Below, one piece after another: positions 29,673 through 39,922 of a stretch of 64,000 bases of DNA (positions within the stretch are counted from its first letter, which is position 1; every line of letters starts with the position of its first letter). Where the stretch lies: IMG/VR virus record IMGVR_UViG_2974692648_000001, positions 96,001-160,000 of that record; one strand, given 5' to 3'. The translations under genes were made by a program, and so were the position numbers. The notes beneath the pieces were generated by a model that was not told the DNA's origin, searched no databases, and saw nothing but the letters and a program-made list of their open reading frames with translations. The DNA is from a virus (Duplodnaviria; Caudoviricetes).

Positions 29673-30156
29673 AGAAACTATTTTTAAGGGACGTCGTTTT
29701 TCTCTTAGCACACAAACCACTTCTACAATTGAATCAGAGATGAGTGGGAATTACGGGGTCTTAGTGATCTCCCTTGATAACGGTCAGGAAACTACCACCA
29801 TTAGACGCACTTATCCAAAAAGCTTCATCGACGGGTTTTATGGTAGTGAAGAATGGGGTCCGCAAAACTTAACCCAAATCTTATTGGGGTTATTCTTGAT
29901 TGAACCTAATGGTGTGATCACGCTAAGCCGCACACCTCGCACTTGTCTATCCATACTCATTAATGTATACCGTGAAGAGTTCTGCATCCAAGGTTGCTAC
30001 TTCTATACCAAGTTAGACTTCAGTATGGATTACGTTCGAATTTCTTCTCAAATCGAAGAAGACGTTATGATCGAAACCCCTAACATTCGTGAACTTACGA
30101 CCACGATGCTAACCGTGATCATGGAAGCTTCAGAACGTTACTCTAAAAAGCGATAA
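29665..30156 (+). CDS. Hypothetical protein
   Basis: 163-aa ORF, AAGGA RBS, overlaps the upstream stop. Confidence 0.65.
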   Translation: MHKETIFKGRRFSLSTQTTSTIESEMSGNYGVLVISLDNGQETTTIRRTYPKSFIDGFYGSEEWGPQNLTQILLGLFLIEPNGVITLSRTPRTCLSILINVYREEFCIQGCYFYTKLDFSMDYVRISSQIEEDVMIETPNIRELTTTMLTVIMEASERYSKKR

Positions 30157-30161
30157 ACATG

Positions 30162-30196
30162 TATAATCTCCTACCCACACAGGGTAGGAGATTATA
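30162..30196. terminator. 15-bp palindrome between convergent genes (family member)
   Basis: TATAATCTCCTACCC-ACACA-GGGTAGGAGATTATA. Confidence 0.75.
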
Positions 30197-30210
30197 GTTA
30201 CTTTATTTTT

Positions 30211-32976
30211 TTAGAACAAATCCATAGGACTAGCGGAGGTAACAACTTTTGGTACGAATGCTGCTTCATCCCATAATACTTTATCAGGATCGAATAAATC
30301 CTCCGTACCAGCCACACCCACTAAGGTGACATCATCACCGTGTTGCACTGACATGATTTGTGCAACTTGCTGCTTACTCCACTCCATGATATCCAAGTTA
30401 CGACCAGTGACGTTTTCACGCCCATTGGTGTCTAACTCGAAAATGTATGCGAAGGTTGGCGCGGTTTGACCCTGACGGTGGACACGAGCAATGGTTTGAG
30501 TCATAATGTACTCTCGCCAAGGTGCGTTCATACACAACACCTGGTTAGCCATAAGTAGAGGATAACCGGTAGATAAAGATTTGAACGTCGTGATCAGAGG
30601 GTTCTTGGCATCCTTCAGTTCAAACTCTTTAACTAGACGATCTCGATCGTTTGTGTTTTCTCCGTAAACGAAGATAGTATCGTAACCCTGACGACTCAAG
30701 TAGTCATCACATTCGTAGACTACGTCAACGTGATCCGTAAAGATCAACGTTTTCTTTTCTACATGATCAATGTACTTAGGGAGATCGGCATATTCCACCA
30801 AAGCCTTAACAGCTTCGATACGAGCTTTACCCAACACGTTACCTAACGCTTCACCTTGTATCTTCAGACCAACGTATTTAACAATGGACTTAGCATTACG
30901 GAAGTGTTTGCGGTCAGTAGGTGCCATCCAAGTTTCGATATCCAACTCAATAGCCTTTGCACGTTTAGACAATTCCGCGTCAGTAAAGTTATTGTAACCT
31001 TCTTTACGGAATTTATTTACGATGGTGAGGTACTCATCTAATTCGGCTAAAGCTTGCAAGTCATTACGCTTACTACAATAAACACGATAATCGGAAATCA
31101 CTTGGTTAAAGTAATCAACGTATTTATCCATGTTGTTAGAGTAATACTTGTAGCGGTCTTGGATGTAAGTTTGCATCTGATTACGGATGGAATCCAAAGT
31201 GAAGTGTTCCGCATTAGGGACTTTAACCTTGACTCGTTCCGCAGGAGGTGCGTCACCCATACCGTCTAATACCGCAATGGTGTATTTCTCTGCACCGATA
31301 CGGTGAGCCAACAGCTCATTAAGTTTGTCGCGAGAACGACCATAACCGTCCAGAAAGGCTTTACGAACGTTACCCTTAAAGAACCCATCAATAAGACAAA
31401 AGACCGCGTACGACTCTTTACCAATGCCTTTAATAGGAGTACCTGACATAGGTAATGCGTCTGTGAACTTGTAGACTTCATTATACTCGATGAGTTTCTT
31501 AGTCCGTTTAGAGTTAGGGTCGTTGAAGTTGTGACATTCGTCGACGATCATTTTAAACGCAGGATTCCCGGCATTAAACTGATTAATCATTCTCATGTAT
31601 TTGTCACACAACGGATCCAACATAAACTCATAATGGATAAAGTAATACTCGTCGTCTTTTTGAGGGGGACGTCCCATTTTAGAATGCCAGAACTTCGGTG
31701 GTTTAACCCATACTTCATGTTTGATGTTATTGGTCATGTGGTTCGCCCACACTTCGTCAATCACGTTGAGAGGAACAAACCCAACAGTCTTACCTTTGGG
31801 TAACGATTCAGCCCACATCAAAGATAACGCCGTGTTATGGGTCACGATGTAGTCATCGGTGATGTAAAGATGATCAGGACCTTCCACCATTATACATTGG
31901 GTGAGTTGGTCTTCTTTTCGGGTGATGTTCTTGATTCGAATACGGTCAAGCCCTAAATGGGTTTCTACCAACCATCCATCAGATTCAGGGATTAACTTGG
32001 CGTGGTGACCTAGACTGCGAGCCACTTCTACCACTAAGTTAGCCAAGTGTTCGTCGTCAAAACGTCCATGAGCTTGACCTGGTTCTAGGACTCCGCGTAA
32101 CCAAGAATAACGTTCGTCGTTTGTGGTTTTGTGGATCAGGTCACGGTCATAACCGTTCTTAGCTCCTACACGAAGAGACATGCCTTGGTTAAACCAACTA
32201 GGGATGAGTTCTTCCGGTATGATAGAGTCGATCAAAGGTATGTAGTGAGGTTGGTCAGCGTAGGTGTCCATGATGTCTTGGGTTTCTTTTACTAACCATT
32301 CGCCATCAACATACACTTTCCATAAGTGCTCTGGGTTACACTGAGTTTTACGGCCATCTTCTAGTTCTACTTCAACGACTTCGGTAAGTCCCTGAGGATA
32401 GACACCCAATACCGTGGTATATCCTCCGTCCGGAGTCTCTATGACTTTACCACGATACATCTCACCCATGGTAGACCAACCACCTGGAACTTTGATTTTC
32501 GCATTTAATGGCTGAGCTTTACCACTACCTGCTTTACCGTCTAACAACAAACCTTTTAGGTGGTACGATTCTTTGCGGGAAGTGTATGTTTCTAGGAATC
32601 GGAGTTGTGGGTCCAGAGGTTTAAGTTTAACTGTGCGTTTTAACTTATTGTAATCAAACGTAGATGGTTTAGGGACCATGGTGTCCAGTATCCACGTCTC
32701 AGTTTGAATAAGCTCTTGAACTTTCTTTAGATCTCGACGATTCACCCGTGTACTTTTTAACTGCAAGAGTTTAGTTATTAGGTGATTGAGCTCCAAAAGG
32801 AAAAATGACTTGACTTCGAATTTACGTGAGTTAATTCGATTCATCATATACTTCGTTACGGTCGTGGTTCCGTAAAGTCTAATTATGTCCTGTTCGAAAG
32901 GTCGCCACGATAACCCGCTGATAATAGCACGATTATCGTCAACCTCGATACTAGGTCCGAATAAACCACTAAACAT
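30211..32976 (-). CDS. SF2/SNF2-like helicase containing an intein
   Basis: Walker A DGKAGSGK|T split by an intein, IVDECH, MSGTP, QTIARVHRQGQ. Confidence 0.9.
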   Translation of the reverse strand: MFSGLFGPSIEVDDNRAIISGLSWRPFEQDIIRLYGTTTVTKYMMNRINSRKFEVKSFFLLELNHLITKLLQLKSTRVNRRDLKKVQELIQTETWILDTMVPKPSTFDYNKLKRTVKLKPLDPQLRFLETYTSRKESYHLKGLLLDGKAGSGKAQPLNAKIKVPGGWSTMGEMYRGKVIETPDGGYTTVLGVYPQGLTEVVEVELEDGRKTQCNPEHLWKVYVDGEWLVKETQDIMDTYADQPHYIPLIDSIIPEELIPSWFNQGMSLRVGAKNGYDRDLIHKTTNDERYSWLRGVLEPGQAHGRFDDEHLANLVVEVARSLGHHAKLIPESDGWLVETHLGLDRIRIKNITRKEDQLTQCIMVEGPDHLYITDDYIVTHNTALSLMWAESLPKGKTVGFVPLNVIDEVWANHMTNNIKHEVWVKPPKFWHSKMGRPPQKDDEYYFIHYEFMLDPLCDKYMRMINQFNAGNPAFKMIVDECHNFNDPNSKRTKKLIEYNEVYKFTDALPMSGTPIKGIGKESYAVFCLIDGFFKGNVRKAFLDGYGRSRDKLNELLAHRIGAEKYTIAVLDGMGDAPPAERVKVKVPNAEHFTLDSIRNQMQTYIQDRYKYYSNNMDKYVDYFNQVISDYRVYCSKRNDLQALAELDEYLTIVNKFRKEGYNNFTDAELSKRAKAIELDIETWMAPTDRKHFRNAKSIVKYVGLKIQGEALGNVLGKARIEAVKALVEYADLPKYIDHVEKKTLIFTDHVDVVYECDDYLSRQGYDTIFVYGENTNDRDRLVKEFELKDAKNPLITTFKSLSTGYPLLMANQVLCMNAPWREYIMTQTIARVHRQGQTAPTFAYIFELDTNGRENVTGRNLDIMEWSKQQVAQIMSVQHGDDVTLVGVAGTEDLFDPDKVLWDEAAFVPKVVTSASPMDLF
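31834..32517 (-). mobile_element. 228-aa intein (Ala1, class 3-type WCT signature) with a degenerate LAGLIDADG remnant
   Basis: Starts AQPLNAKI, block B CNPEHLW, block F TQCIMV, ends YIVTHN followed by Thr+1; removal restores GSGKT. Confidence 0.9.
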
Positions 32977-33023
32977 ATTAACCTCTTATTATAGTTTAAA
33001 TCAAAAAGAAAAAGGAAACTGAC

Positions 33024-34382
33024 ATGACTAAGTCAAAACCTAACCACGAACTTTGGAAACTGTTTGTCTACGTTGCGGAAGCACTCAGTGAACGCACATT
33101 CGTCATGCCGGTTATGGAACACGGGACTATGGCACTATCCCACACTGGTATTGACCCAGAAGACATGGAGATCACTATCAGTGAACACGAGTACTTGCCG
33201 ATGACTCGTATTCGTGTGGACTTCAACCTTCCAGTTGAATTGGAAGAGTACTTAAAGTCCGACGACCCGGCAATGCCTGCTGGAGCTAAAGATCTTAAGA
33301 AATGGTTCGATGAGCGCGGTCCTGTAGAGTACTTAATCTACAACGTGATGGTGAAAACCATTCTGGAACAACTTACCGAAATCCGCAAAGGTATGAGTGA
33401 AGCGACTACCTATGAAGATCAAACTAAGTTGAAAGAGCTGATCAAGTTCCTAGCCAACCTGAGCATGGAAGACGTCGCAGAAGATGTACGAAAACATCGT
33501 AACAAACATTACCCAATGGTAGTAAACCGTGTCTTTAATGTAACCGTTCAAGAACCATCTGATGAATGGATTGCAGAACACTTTGGTGACATGACAGCAC
33601 ACGACGTACAACACGTTGAGACTGTAGTAAACCGCAACGCTAAGCGTATTGCAGACAGTCTAGGTAAGATTGGTGATTTGGTCAACAACTGGTCTGGTAA
33701 GACTGAACAAGTCAAGGATAATGACTTATGGTTCTCACTCAACATCGAAGATCATAAAATCACTCTAGGCTTAGACTTCCAACCTTACCGTTCTGAATCA
33801 GATTTTGTTATTGAACGCTCCCCGGTCGATCTTGAAAAATGGGGTGAAGATAACAATGACCGTGATATCTTATCTAAGATCCAAAACCACATTGATGACA
33901 TGAATATTGTTATTGGTAACTTGCTGAATTACAACACTGGTTATGAAGTGTTGAACAAAGAAATTGAACAATTGTACATCCGTTCTATCCACCACCCTAT
34001 CGCTAAACACACTGTTCGTGTTTGGGGTTTTGATGATGTGTGTGAAGCAGGTCGTGCTAAGATTGATGAAGAGATTTCTTGGATGCTGGAAACCATCAAT
34101 GATCTATCGACTCAGATGTCTCGTGAAGTGAAGCTGGATATTTCTAACATGTACTTACACACTACACAAGACGGTGAAACTTTCATCTTGCCACACGACG
34201 AACAGTTAGTAGCAAAACGTTGTCAGACTTACTCAGGTACGTTCTACGATGCATTACAGCAACATCTGTACGATGTGGAGACTGAACTGTTTGCACCTTA
34301 CACTAACGTGAAGCCAGCTGATTTAGAGTCTAACAACGTCATCACCGAAGAAGACTTGCTTAACTCTCCTACCATCCATTAA
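33024..34382 (+). CDS. Hypothetical protein
   Basis: 452-aa ORF with an AAGGA RBS. Confidence 0.75.
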   Translation: MTKSKPNHELWKLFVYVAEALSERTFVMPVMEHGTMALSHTGIDPEDMEITISEHEYLPMTRIRVDFNLPVELEEYLKSDDPAMPAGAKDLKKWFDERGPVEYLIYNVMVKTILEQLTEIRKGMSEATTYEDQTKLKELIKFLANLSMEDVAEDVRKHRNKHYPMVVNRVFNVTVQEPSDEWIAEHFGDMTAHDVQHVETVVNRNAKRIADSLGKIGDLVNNWSGKTEQVKDNDLWFSLNIEDHKITLGLDFQPYRSESDFVIERSPVDLEKWGEDNNDRDILSKIQNHIDDMNIVIGNLLNYNTGYEVLNKEIEQLYIRSIHHPIAKHTVRVWGFDDVCEAGRAKIDEEISWMLETINDLSTQMSREVKLDISNMYLHTTQDGETFILPHDEQLVAKRCQTYSGTFYDALQQHLYDVETELFAPYTNVKPADLESNNVITEEDLLNSPTIH

Positions 34383-34433
34383 TAATGTTATGGGGACACG
34401 GTCCCCTTATCATTTAATTAACAGGAGACAATC

Positions 34434-34721
34434 ATGTCAGCGATTATTAATCATGCGGTAGCTTCAGGTAAAGTGGGTCGCGGTCAAGCTATTCAGGTTA
34501 ACGGTAAGTTCGATGGCTTAGCTCAACCGCATCTAGTGACTTTGTCTTTGGACGATAAAGTAGTGACAGAAGTTTACACAGACCAACAAGGTTACTTCAG
34601 TGCTGAGCTAGATTCCAAAGGTTTGAGTGTCGGTGCTCATACTGTATCTTACTTTCTAGAAGAAAACACTGAAGCAGGTCACGAGCACAAAGGTGACATT
34701 AAAGTTCGCGTGACTAAGTAA
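34434..34721 (+). CDS. Small single Ig-like domain protein
   Basis: V.LSLDDKVV...TDQQGYFS.ELDSKGLSVGAHTV beta-sandwich pattern; AGGAG RBS. Confidence 0.7.
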   Translation: MSAIINHAVASGKVGRGQAIQVNGKFDGLAQPHLVTLSLDDKVVTEVYTDQQGYFSAELDSKGLSVGAHTVSYFLEENTEAGHEHKGDIKVRVTK

Positions 34722-34726
34722 CAGTT

Positions 34727-34764
34727 AATAACTCCCTACTCCTTCACGGGAGTAGGGAGTTATT
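34727..34764. terminator. 16-bp palindrome (family member)
   Basis: AATAACTCCCTACTCC-TTCACG-GGAGTAGGGAGTTATT followed by a T-rich tract. Confidence 0.75.
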
Positions 34765-34788
34765 TGTTTTCTGTAAATTTTAACAGGT

Positions 34789-34806
34789 CTATATTACTAT
34801 GGTGTA
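34789..34806 (+). promoter_or_regulatory. Putative phage early promoter
   Basis: CTATATTACTATGGTGTA. Confidence 0.75.
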
Positions 34807-34852
34807 TGAATCCATACACTATTTATTTCATTTAATTTAAAGGATAAACATC

Positions 34853-35608
34853 ATGTCCAATAAACACATTAAAAACGTTATCACTTCAGGCCGTTACGTT
34901 CCAGAGAAAGGTAAGTTCGGTATTACTTTCACTATTATCGATTGTGAAGGTAAAGAAGTTTCCCTGCTCGTAAACAACGAAGAAGTTCATCGCAACTGGA
35001 TTAAAAGCGATCGTTCAGAACACCGAGTGGGTATTGACTTAGAACGCTTCGACCTCACACACTTCACGTTGAAAATCTTAGTACATAAAGACGGTAACCC
35101 TATCGAACTTAAGGGCTTCGAATACGACGTTGTTCCAGAGAGTGTCCTCGCATCGAAAAACATCATTTCGATAGGGGAGAACTTAAAATCGTTGAAACGT
35201 AACCTAGATATCATCACCCACATGGCGTTCCGTGCCAGAATGGATTTCAATAAAGAAAATCCTTCGATGAGAGAGAGCCGAGTCGGCACCAAGTTTTTAG
35301 AGTTCAGTACCCCAGAATTAGAGTACCTGTTCTTTGTACGTAACACCCGTAATAACGGAATGCCTTTGTTAACCATGTACTGTACAGACTTGAATGGCGC
35401 ACAACACGAAGTTAACTTCCGCCTAATGGGCTGGCAAGTAACTCGAGACAAAATCTTAAATACCGTCGCTAAGTCATCGGTGATGAAAGCACTAATTGAT
35501 TTATCTAAGCCTTCTGGCACTAAATCACTGTTACGTCTGGCGGACGATGAGCGATACAAAGAAACCTTACGTGAAACTCTATTAACTGTAACTCGTCATG
35601 AGAAATAA
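34853..35608 (+). CDS. Hypothetical protein with an N-terminal Ig-like domain
   Basis: 251 aa; beta-strand N-terminus; AAGGA RBS. Confidence 0.7.
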   Translation: MSNKHIKNVITSGRYVPEKGKFGITFTIIDCEGKEVSLLVNNEEVHRNWIKSDRSEHRVGIDLERFDLTHFTLKILVHKDGNPIELKGFEYDVVPESVLASKNIISIGENLKSLKRNLDIITHMAFRARMDFNKENPSMRESRVGTKFLEFSTPELEYLFFVRNTRNNGMPLLTMYCTDLNGAQHEVNFRLMGWQVTRDKILNTVAKSSVMKALIDLSKPSGTKSLLRLADDERYKETLRETLLTVTRHEK

Positions 35609-35617
35609 GGAAATAAA

Positions 35618-37141
35618 ATGAATAAGAGTATTTTAGCGGCACTGGACGTTTTAGCGACTTCCGTGGAAATGCAAGAACGTCAACTCCAAATCCGCACAGG
35701 TAACCGAGAAATGTTACAAGGTGTTATTGCGGATGCCTTGCTCCCTGAAGAATACCGAGTGAATAACTTTGGTTACGGAGGGCGTGATGAAATTAAACTA
35801 GACCCAGTGTATCGATTAGTTCGTAATAATGATACCTGGGATGATTTCGATCTCCCTAAAGATAAGGAGGGGTGGGAATCATTATTGGATAAAGTTGATC
35901 CAGAGTTAAAGAAAAACGTCACAGTAACAGAACGTCTTACCCTAGACCTGGGTTGGGGTGTGGCTAAAATGGGACTTTGTAGTTTGGAGTGGGTTTATAC
36001 CTTCGTTGGGTTTGATGACTTTAATATCATGAAAACCATATTAAAGCCTAACCCGCTACTGGAAAACGAACTGAATCGTCGAGTCTTGGAGCTGGTGTCT
36101 AACGCACATGACAACACGAGTAATGAAAGAAAGAATTTCATTAACTCGACCAGCGGTGCTTTAAACCGTGCGGTGGATTTACGAAACACTTTAGTGGAGC
36201 GCGGGTTAATACCTTTCTTTGACAAATATAAAAAGGTTCAGGTTGCCTGGGGGCATGTGGATAAACTAATGTCCGGGGTCTCACAAATCCCAATCGATTT
36301 AAATAAGGACAAAGAACTCTTGTTATCTTTGTGTTATTTAAACTATAATTTGGTCGTGGGAGCAAACAATATGGTCGGGCTAACCGAATTCGATAATGGA
36401 AAGTACACTCCTATTGACTTTAACGACCCAGAACAGTTCACACCAAGTGTAGTGAAGGCATTAAACGAAATGCTGGACAAAGTGGACATTCCGGAAACTA
36501 CCGGTAATGTTCGATGGGAAAACCTGAGAGCGGTTCGAAACAATCGCCCGGACTACGGGTTCAGTCCTTGTCACGTTCTTACTATTCGAATTAAAGACAT
36601 GTCCGGTGAGCAACTGACTCGCGATATGTTTATCCACTCCAAGGAACCGTTAGACTCCAAGGTCTTAGGTAAATTAGCTAAGCAAACCCGGGAGTTCGTG
36701 TCTAATGAAACCGCCCTTATGTCTGCGACCACGGATAATTGTAACCTAGTAGAAGGTCACCTTATTAACTTTGTTGAAGCGTTTGGGTTATCCAACAACG
36801 TAGAGTTAAAGGTAACACGTCGTCACCAGGTGATCGTTTATCTTGGGGAAGACAAGACATACTCGTTTGAGTCACGTAAGGGAGTCTCTCCGGCCTTTAT
36901 TGATTTCATGCATAAACTATGTGGTGTTGAATTAAAACCTCTCCACGAGCTTCCTGAGGACCTTAAACAGGACTTAGGACCTTATACTTGTATGGACGCA
37001 AGACATACGACAGTTTTGTGTAAAACCAATGATGTCGAATTCCCTGAAACTCATCTCCTGGATCAAATCATAGATAGACTCAGTACTTCTGGAAACCTTA
37101 ACGAAGACTGGATTTATAACACCGTAAACGAAATCATTTAA
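35618..37141 (+). CDS. Hypothetical protein
   Basis: 507-aa ORF with an AAGGA RBS. Confidence 0.75.
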   Translation: MNKSILAALDVLATSVEMQERQLQIRTGNREMLQGVIADALLPEEYRVNNFGYGGRDEIKLDPVYRLVRNNDTWDDFDLPKDKEGWESLLDKVDPELKKNVTVTERLTLDLGWGVAKMGLCSLEWVYTFVGFDDFNIMKTILKPNPLLENELNRRVLELVSNAHDNTSNERKNFINSTSGALNRAVDLRNTLVERGLIPFFDKYKKVQVAWGHVDKLMSGVSQIPIDLNKDKELLLSLCYLNYNLVVGANNMVGLTEFDNGKYTPIDFNDPEQFTPSVVKALNEMLDKVDIPETTGNVRWENLRAVRNNRPDYGFSPCHVLTIRIKDMSGEQLTRDMFIHSKEPLDSKVLGKLAKQTREFVSNETALMSATTDNCNLVEGHLINFVEAFGLSNNVELKVTRRHQVIVYLGEDKTYSFESRKGVSPAFIDFMHKLCGVELKPLHELPEDLKQDLGPYTCMDARHTTVLCKTNDVEFPETHLLDQIIDRLSTSGNLNEDWIYNTVNEII

Positions 37142-37190
37142 ACTCACCAAGGGGGTGTTGTCACCCCCATCTCTTGTAAGGATTATTCCA

Positions 37191-38282
37191 ATGAAAAAAC
37201 TGTACGCAGAACTTGACTACCGAATTCACCCGGCTTCAATCAACAACACACTTTACGTTTATGCAGATGAGAGTCTATTCGGTAAAACTCTGTTGGTTTA
37301 CGTTACCACGACGCTCGACGAGTTAGGGGAGCATGAAGAAGAACTTCCAGTGTTGGATCGCGGCACCACCGTGTACCATGAACTACTGGAGTCAGATATC
37401 ACCACCGTTAGTCTCCGCAGTACCAGCCTTCCTAAGGGTCATACTTACGAGGTGAATGTTCATGTGTTGGATGACAACGATGAATCGGTAGCTGAAGTTA
37501 AAGACCTTCTAGTTCATCATCCAGAAGACTTCGATCTAGAAAAACATTTGAAAAATAATGCTCAAACTACACTAGATCGATTTGAGGTCATTACTGGTGG
37601 ATTAAACTACTGGGGTGGTGAGGACGTTACGTTATTTGATTCTTACATCGCTGGTAGACAATTAGAGATCCGTTCGGTTGTGGGGCGTTGGGTGTTAACC
37701 ACTTACCTGGCTTTAGAGGAAATCGAAGTAGTAGACAGCGCGCCGACTTTCCAAGAACTCTTTAAACGTATTAAGGGGAATGGTGATCTGAAAGACATCA
37801 TAGACTCCGGTCTTTTATTTGAGCGTTTCATGTCACCTATTACTTTTGATAAGACCACAAAAGTTTTCAGTTCTCGTGTGCGTTTGATGGAGGACTTTGT
37901 CTTCAAAAATATCGACGACCACATCAAAGAAGTTCGAACGGTAGTCACCGCACAAGTTCCACCTGAAGTTGAAACAGAAGAAGACTTGGACAAATTCATT
38001 GAAGAAGTGAAAACTTCTATTAACCCTAAGTTTTCTATTTTAGATTACATGAGTTTTGTGGGTGAGTTGGAAGGCCGATTCGAAGAAGGGTTCGATCAAG
38101 TTATAGATCGTCGCTTGTTCTTAAATTTGTTTTCTTCTAACTTCGTTAAACACTTGAAGGGTTTCGATATCGAACCGGAATGGTTAGAGCGTGATTACTA
38201 CCTGTCCTTCCATCTCCGTGATGGTAAGTGGGAGTACGAAGGTAACCAGAATGTGAAGGAGCTACTGGAACATGTCTCATAA
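37191..38282 (+). CDS. Hypothetical protein with an N-terminal Ig-like domain
   Basis: ATG at 37191 follows AAGGA; SLPKGHTYEVNVHV segment. Confidence 0.7.
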   Translation: MKKLYAELDYRIHPASINNTLYVYADESLFGKTLLVYVTTTLDELGEHEEELPVLDRGTTVYHELLESDITTVSLRSTSLPKGHTYEVNVHVLDDNDESVAEVKDLLVHHPEDFDLEKHLKNNAQTTLDRFEVITGGLNYWGGEDVTLFDSYIAGRQLEIRSVVGRWVLTTYLALEEIEVVDSAPTFQELFKRIKGNGDLKDIIDSGLLFERFMSPITFDKTTKVFSSRVRLMEDFVFKNIDDHIKEVRTVVTAQVPPEVETEEDLDKFIEEVKTSINPKFSILDYMSFVGELEGRFEEGFDQVIDRRLFLNLFSSNFVKHLKGFDIEPEWLERDYYLSFHLRDGKWEYEGNQNVKELLEHVS

Positions 38283-38568
38283 ACCTTACTTCGATATAGT
38301 GAGCTTCAAAAGTTGGTTAGATGGTTGGTTTGCAACAAACCCTGAACCATCTAAACACGAAACTTACCCAACGTTAGTGGAGCACTACTCTGGGGCTTTT
38401 GGGAAAGCCATGCTTAAGCAGCTTCGTTCTTACGAAGACGTTGACAGTCGTTGGTTACACGACGCTTATGGGTTAACGTTTAGGCGGGATGAAAACCGAG
38501 AGTGGGTGGTGGGGTTTAACGAACTCGTTTGGGAGTTCCTTAATTCCTCTAGAAAGACATACATGTAA
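38272..38568 (+). CDS. Hypothetical protein similar to the C-terminus of the upstream gene
   Basis: F...LK.L...WL...Y.L.F....W....N..V.E.L pattern shared. Confidence 0.65.
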   Translation: MSHKPYFDIVSFKSWLDGWFATNPEPSKHETYPTLVEHYSGAFGKAMLKQLRSYEDVDSRWLHDAYGLTFRRDENREWVVGFNELVWEFLNSSRKTYM

Positions 38569-38624
38569 AATATAATCCGGGGGTCCATTGATAGGACCTC
38601 CTACTTTTATTAAGGGTTTATACC

Positions 38625-39137
38625 ATGCAGCAACCTGATATGAGACCAGCCATTGGTTTGTTCCTAACTTTGTACGGAGCGTTAAAGCGTTTTCGTGACA
38701 AAGAACCATCTATGAAAGAGTTATCTCAAGAATACAAAGACAATCGTTTCTGTAAAGAGCTAGTCAATTGTTTTGACCCGGCTTCTTACCGATTTAGTGT
38801 GTTCGACATCACTCTGGATTATTGGTACCACACCGATCTCAATAAAGAGATCGCATTAATCACCATTCGTGATGAGGGACAAGGTAATCACATGAATACC
38901 ATATCCCTAGATATCTCTGACCCCAATGTCACCTTAGAGGAACTGTGGTGTAACCTACTACACATCCTTGCTTTCCGTTACCCTGATACATTAACACGTA
39001 TTGCGGAATCCGGGAACGACATCCTGGAAAACTTCACCTTAAGTGAAACTTACGTACTCGGTGGTAAGCATCGTTTCAAAGAACCATTGCAAGAACTGTA
39101 CATTTCCCTAACCACTCCACTTTTAGATAACGAGTAA
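38625..39137 (+). CDS. Hypothetical protein
   Basis: 170-aa ORF. Confidence 0.65.
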   Translation: MQQPDMRPAIGLFLTLYGALKRFRDKEPSMKELSQEYKDNRFCKELVNCFDPASYRFSVFDITLDYWYHTDLNKEIALITIRDEGQGNHMNTISLDISDPNVTLEELWCNLLHILAFRYPDTLTRIAESGNDILENFTLSETYVLGGKHRFKEPLQELYISLTTPLLDNE

Positions 39138-39142
39138 TCGAC

Positions 39143-39922
39143 ATGAAAAAATTTAACATTGAATTGAACAAACAGATTCACCACGCAAGCGAAACCATTA
39201 CGGTACATCCGTCATGGCGCGATCTGGGTCCGTTAGAAGACCGTCACGAACTACACGGTACTTTATATATCAATGACGAAGTGGTGGCCGAAGGGTTTAA
39301 TATTGATGACGTGTCTTACACGATCCCTGAAGAAATGAACCTCAACAATGAAGATTACCGCATTAAGTTAATCATTCATCGAAACTACGATGTGTTCCTT
39401 GAATCCCATGAAGCGTGGCTTCGAACTGATACTCGATTAAGTGCTGAGATCAGTGACATGAATTTGAAGACTCGTGGTATGGAGTTCTTTGCAACTTTCA
39501 TCCAAGCACTCGCTTTAATGGCTCTTCGTTTAGATCGTGACGTAGAGCACCCAAGTGAGCGATATAAGTTGTTTGCCTGGGAGATTGGTCCTTGGTTCTT
39601 TGAACTTTATTGGTGTGTAGAGCGTAAAGCTTACGACCTCACTTATTGTCCTGCGAACGACATCGAGAACATTACTGCCATTGAAATAAAGTCTTCTGAG
39701 CACGTTGCGATCGGAGCAGCCTTATTGCCATTATTGGATTCTCCAGTAAAAGCTTGGGTTCTGCATCCTAACTTCCGTAAAGCAGTTATCGAAGAACCTC
39801 TGGGTAATAACTTAATGTATCATTACACTTTCCTTATGGCTCTAGCGAGTGCGAATAATCCTATCGCTAGTTTACCTAACGGAATCCGTGTTATCACCAG
39901 TATGGCTAGAAAGGTGAAATAA
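39143..39922 (+). CDS. Hypothetical protein with an N-terminal Ig-like domain
   Basis: LYINDEVV...YRIKLII beta pattern. Confidence 0.65.
   Translation: MKKFNIELNKQIHHASETITVHPSWRDLGPLEDRHELHGTLYINDEVVAEGFNIDDVSYTIPEEMNLNNEDYRIKLIIHRNYDVFLESHEAWLRTDTRLSAEISDMNLKTRGMEFFATFIQALALMALRLDRDVEHPSERYKLFAWEIGPWFFELYWCVERKAYDLTYCPANDIENITAIEIKSSEHVAIGAALLPLLDSPVKAWVLHPNFRKAVIEEPLGNNLMYHYTFLMALASANNPIASLPNGIRVITSMARKVK

Noticed and set aside
34987-35559. 190-aa antisense ORF inside 34853..35608
   Set aside because: Shadow ORF with no RBS and Ser/Leu/Arg-rich composition, opposite a gene that has both a promoter motif and an RBS
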